This document shows positions 62,362 through 64,000 of a DNA stretch of 64,000 nt, piece after piece. The first letter of the stretch is position 1, and every line of letters starts with the position of its first letter. Below the pieces are notes generated by a model. The model saw only the letters and a list, made by a program, of their open reading frames with translations. It ran no database searches and had not been told where the DNA came from. The translations under genes and the position numbers were made by a program. This stretch comes from Pseudogymnoascus verrucosus (lineage: Eukaryota): assembly GCA_001662655.1 (NCBI GenBank), contig KV460211.1, one strand, 5' to 3'.

Positions 62362-63297
62362 ATGTCCTGCTTCACGAGGAGCGCCATGCTGCGCTTCCAA
62401 TCCCTCCGCGCGCCTCTCTCCCGCGTCGGCCTCAACAGCTTCCACGCGACACCCCTCCACACACTCCCCCAACGCCTCCCCCTCACGCGTACCTTCACCA
62501 GCACCATCCGCCTCGCCGCCAAAAAAGCATTCTCCAAACCCCTTCCCCCAAAGCAAGCCGTCAAACCGCCCTCGGCCATCCCCGCAACCCAAACCTACCA
62601 ATCCTACACCGCGAAGCTCGCCTCCCGCCCAACCCCAACACCCCTCTACATCGCCCCCTCCCACACCTTCTACATCCTCGCCGCCTACACCGGCGCCACC
62701 TTCTGCATCGCCTACGCCGGCTTCAGCTACTACGCCAACGTCTACGCGCCCCCCAACGGCCTCTCGGCATGGGTCCCCATCGCCTTCGCCGGGATCTGCT
62801 TCCTGATGGCCGGTATGGGCGGGTGGCTGCTCTTCGCGCCTACAAGCCTAATCCGCTCCATCACCGCATACCCCGTCAAGTCCCTCGTGGCTAACGGCCA
62901 GCCAACCCTCCGCGTCGACATCGAGCTGCGCAAGGTCCTGCCGATCCCCTTCCTTGCCCCCCGCGTCATCTCCACCTCCCCCACCGACCTGCAGCTGAAT
63001 CACAGCATCTACGTCCCCCCCGCGCGCCCGGCAACAGCGTCAGAGCGTTTTGAGGTCGCGCGGCTCGAGGCGGAGGCGCGGGAGGCGGAGAGGAAGAAGT
63101 CGATTATGTTGGCGCCGTTTAGGCATGCGTCGCAGGCTTTCTTTGGGATGTTTGTGGCGATTAAGAGGACGTGGACGAGGGATGGGTTTTTGGATTTGAA
63201 GGCGGGGAAGAGGAGGTATAAGTTGGATATTACGGGGGGGTGGGCGCTGGATGAGGGGAGGGCGTTGGATCGGATTTGTAAAGTTACGCCGAGTTGA
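62362..63297 (+). CDS. Probable mitochondrial membrane protein with two TM segments
   Basis: Arg/Ser/Leu-rich presequence-like N-terminus; two hydrophobic helices; uninterrupted 311-aa ORF divergent from PDX1. Confidence 0.75.
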   Translation: MSCFTRSAMLRFQSLRAPLSRVGLNSFHATPLHTLPQRLPLTRTFTSTIRLAAKKAFSKPLPPKQAVKPPSAIPATQTYQSYTAKLASRPTPTPLYIAPSHTFYILAAYTGATFCIAYAGFSYYANVYAPPNGLSAWVPIAFAGICFLMAGMGGWLLFAPTSLIRSITAYPVKSLVANGQPTLRVDIELRKVLPIPFLAPRVISTSPTDLQLNHSIYVPPARPATASERFEVARLEAEAREAERKKSIMLAPFRHASQAFFGMFVAIKRTWTRDGFLDLKAGKRRYKLDITGGWALDEGRALDRICKVTPS

Positions 63298-64000
63298 GGA
63301 GGAGGGGAAGGGTATGAGTGGGAGTGTTGTTTGTAGTAGGGATGGGTTGTAAGGATTATGGAGATGTATCATAGGATTGTATAGCACAAACAAATTCAAA
63401 CCAAATTCACAAGTCACCAACACCATCATGCGTGCCAAGCCCGCGTACAGCACAAGTTCATGAGAAGCTCAACCAGCATTTCAGTACCTGAAGTGAATAG
63501 GAAAATTAATCGCACCTCGTCTCCCCCCCCATTCATCAGCAAGCATGCCCGCGGCCGAAACATGGACACGCGGGTGCGAAACTACAAAAAACACCACTCT
63601 TGGTACAATCATAGCATACGGACTTTAAAAGAGGCTCTTCCCCGAATAACCCCTCCCCCCTTTTCGCATAATCCCCCCCCCCCCTTCTGCTCCCGAAAGT
63701 TCCCCCCCATACCCCCCTTATTCCCATCTCCAGTTACCCATAACGAAATCATTTGCAAGCCAGTGCAGGGAAGCACGGCTCGCCTCACGGCCAAACAGAC
63801 AAGTACATATGCCCCCCTCATGCGTCCCAACATCGTTAAAATGTCATATACACAAACCCCTTCCATCCCCTTACCCTACTTCCCAGTGCCGGCAACCAGG
63901 CCATTGAATACCCCCGTTAATTTTTCCATATCACGTAGGCGCCAGTCGCGAGGTCGTCGGGCTCATGAAGCAAAAAATCTGGGCGGGGTTAAGAAAAAGT

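Overview
Gene-dense, intron-containing nuclear DNA from a filamentous ascomycete (short GT-AG introns with CTAAC/CTGAC branch sites). A Leotiomycete such as Pseudogymnoascus is my inference from protein style, not proven. About 25 protein genes are supported: VPS5, MED11, TAF5, an EXPERA/EBP-like membrane protein, SCS3, VPS21/Rab5, KRI1, a WW-only microprotein, PRP18, RCM1, a GPI-anchored cell-wall protein, an F-box protein, an alpha/beta-hydrolase, NAT3, a BAG co-chaperone, a hypothetical protein, a small secreted Cys-rich protein, an FHA-forkhead factor, a class III aminotransferase, GPC1, SMC1, CDH1, a SAM methyltransferase, PDX1 and a probable mitochondrial membrane protein. There are also two intron-containing tRNA-Thr genes. 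The most unusual structure is a non-coding array at about 18.9-21.2 kb: ten degenerate 185-311 bp units, each with two TGCGCA-type dyads starting exactly 30 bp apart around a variable core. An inverted relative of the same element lies at 27.7-28.1 kb, so the element brackets a ~9 kb domain holding only the GPI cell-wall gene and its very long upstream region. Other observations: a 1.26 kb TAF5 intron containing an in-frame alternative start, a probable GUG-initiated membrane-anchored BAG isoform, a GC-AG intron in SCS3, a HECT-less Rsp5-like WW pair, and recurrent C-to-G strand-skew flips. All exon boundaries were read by eye and no database searches were run.
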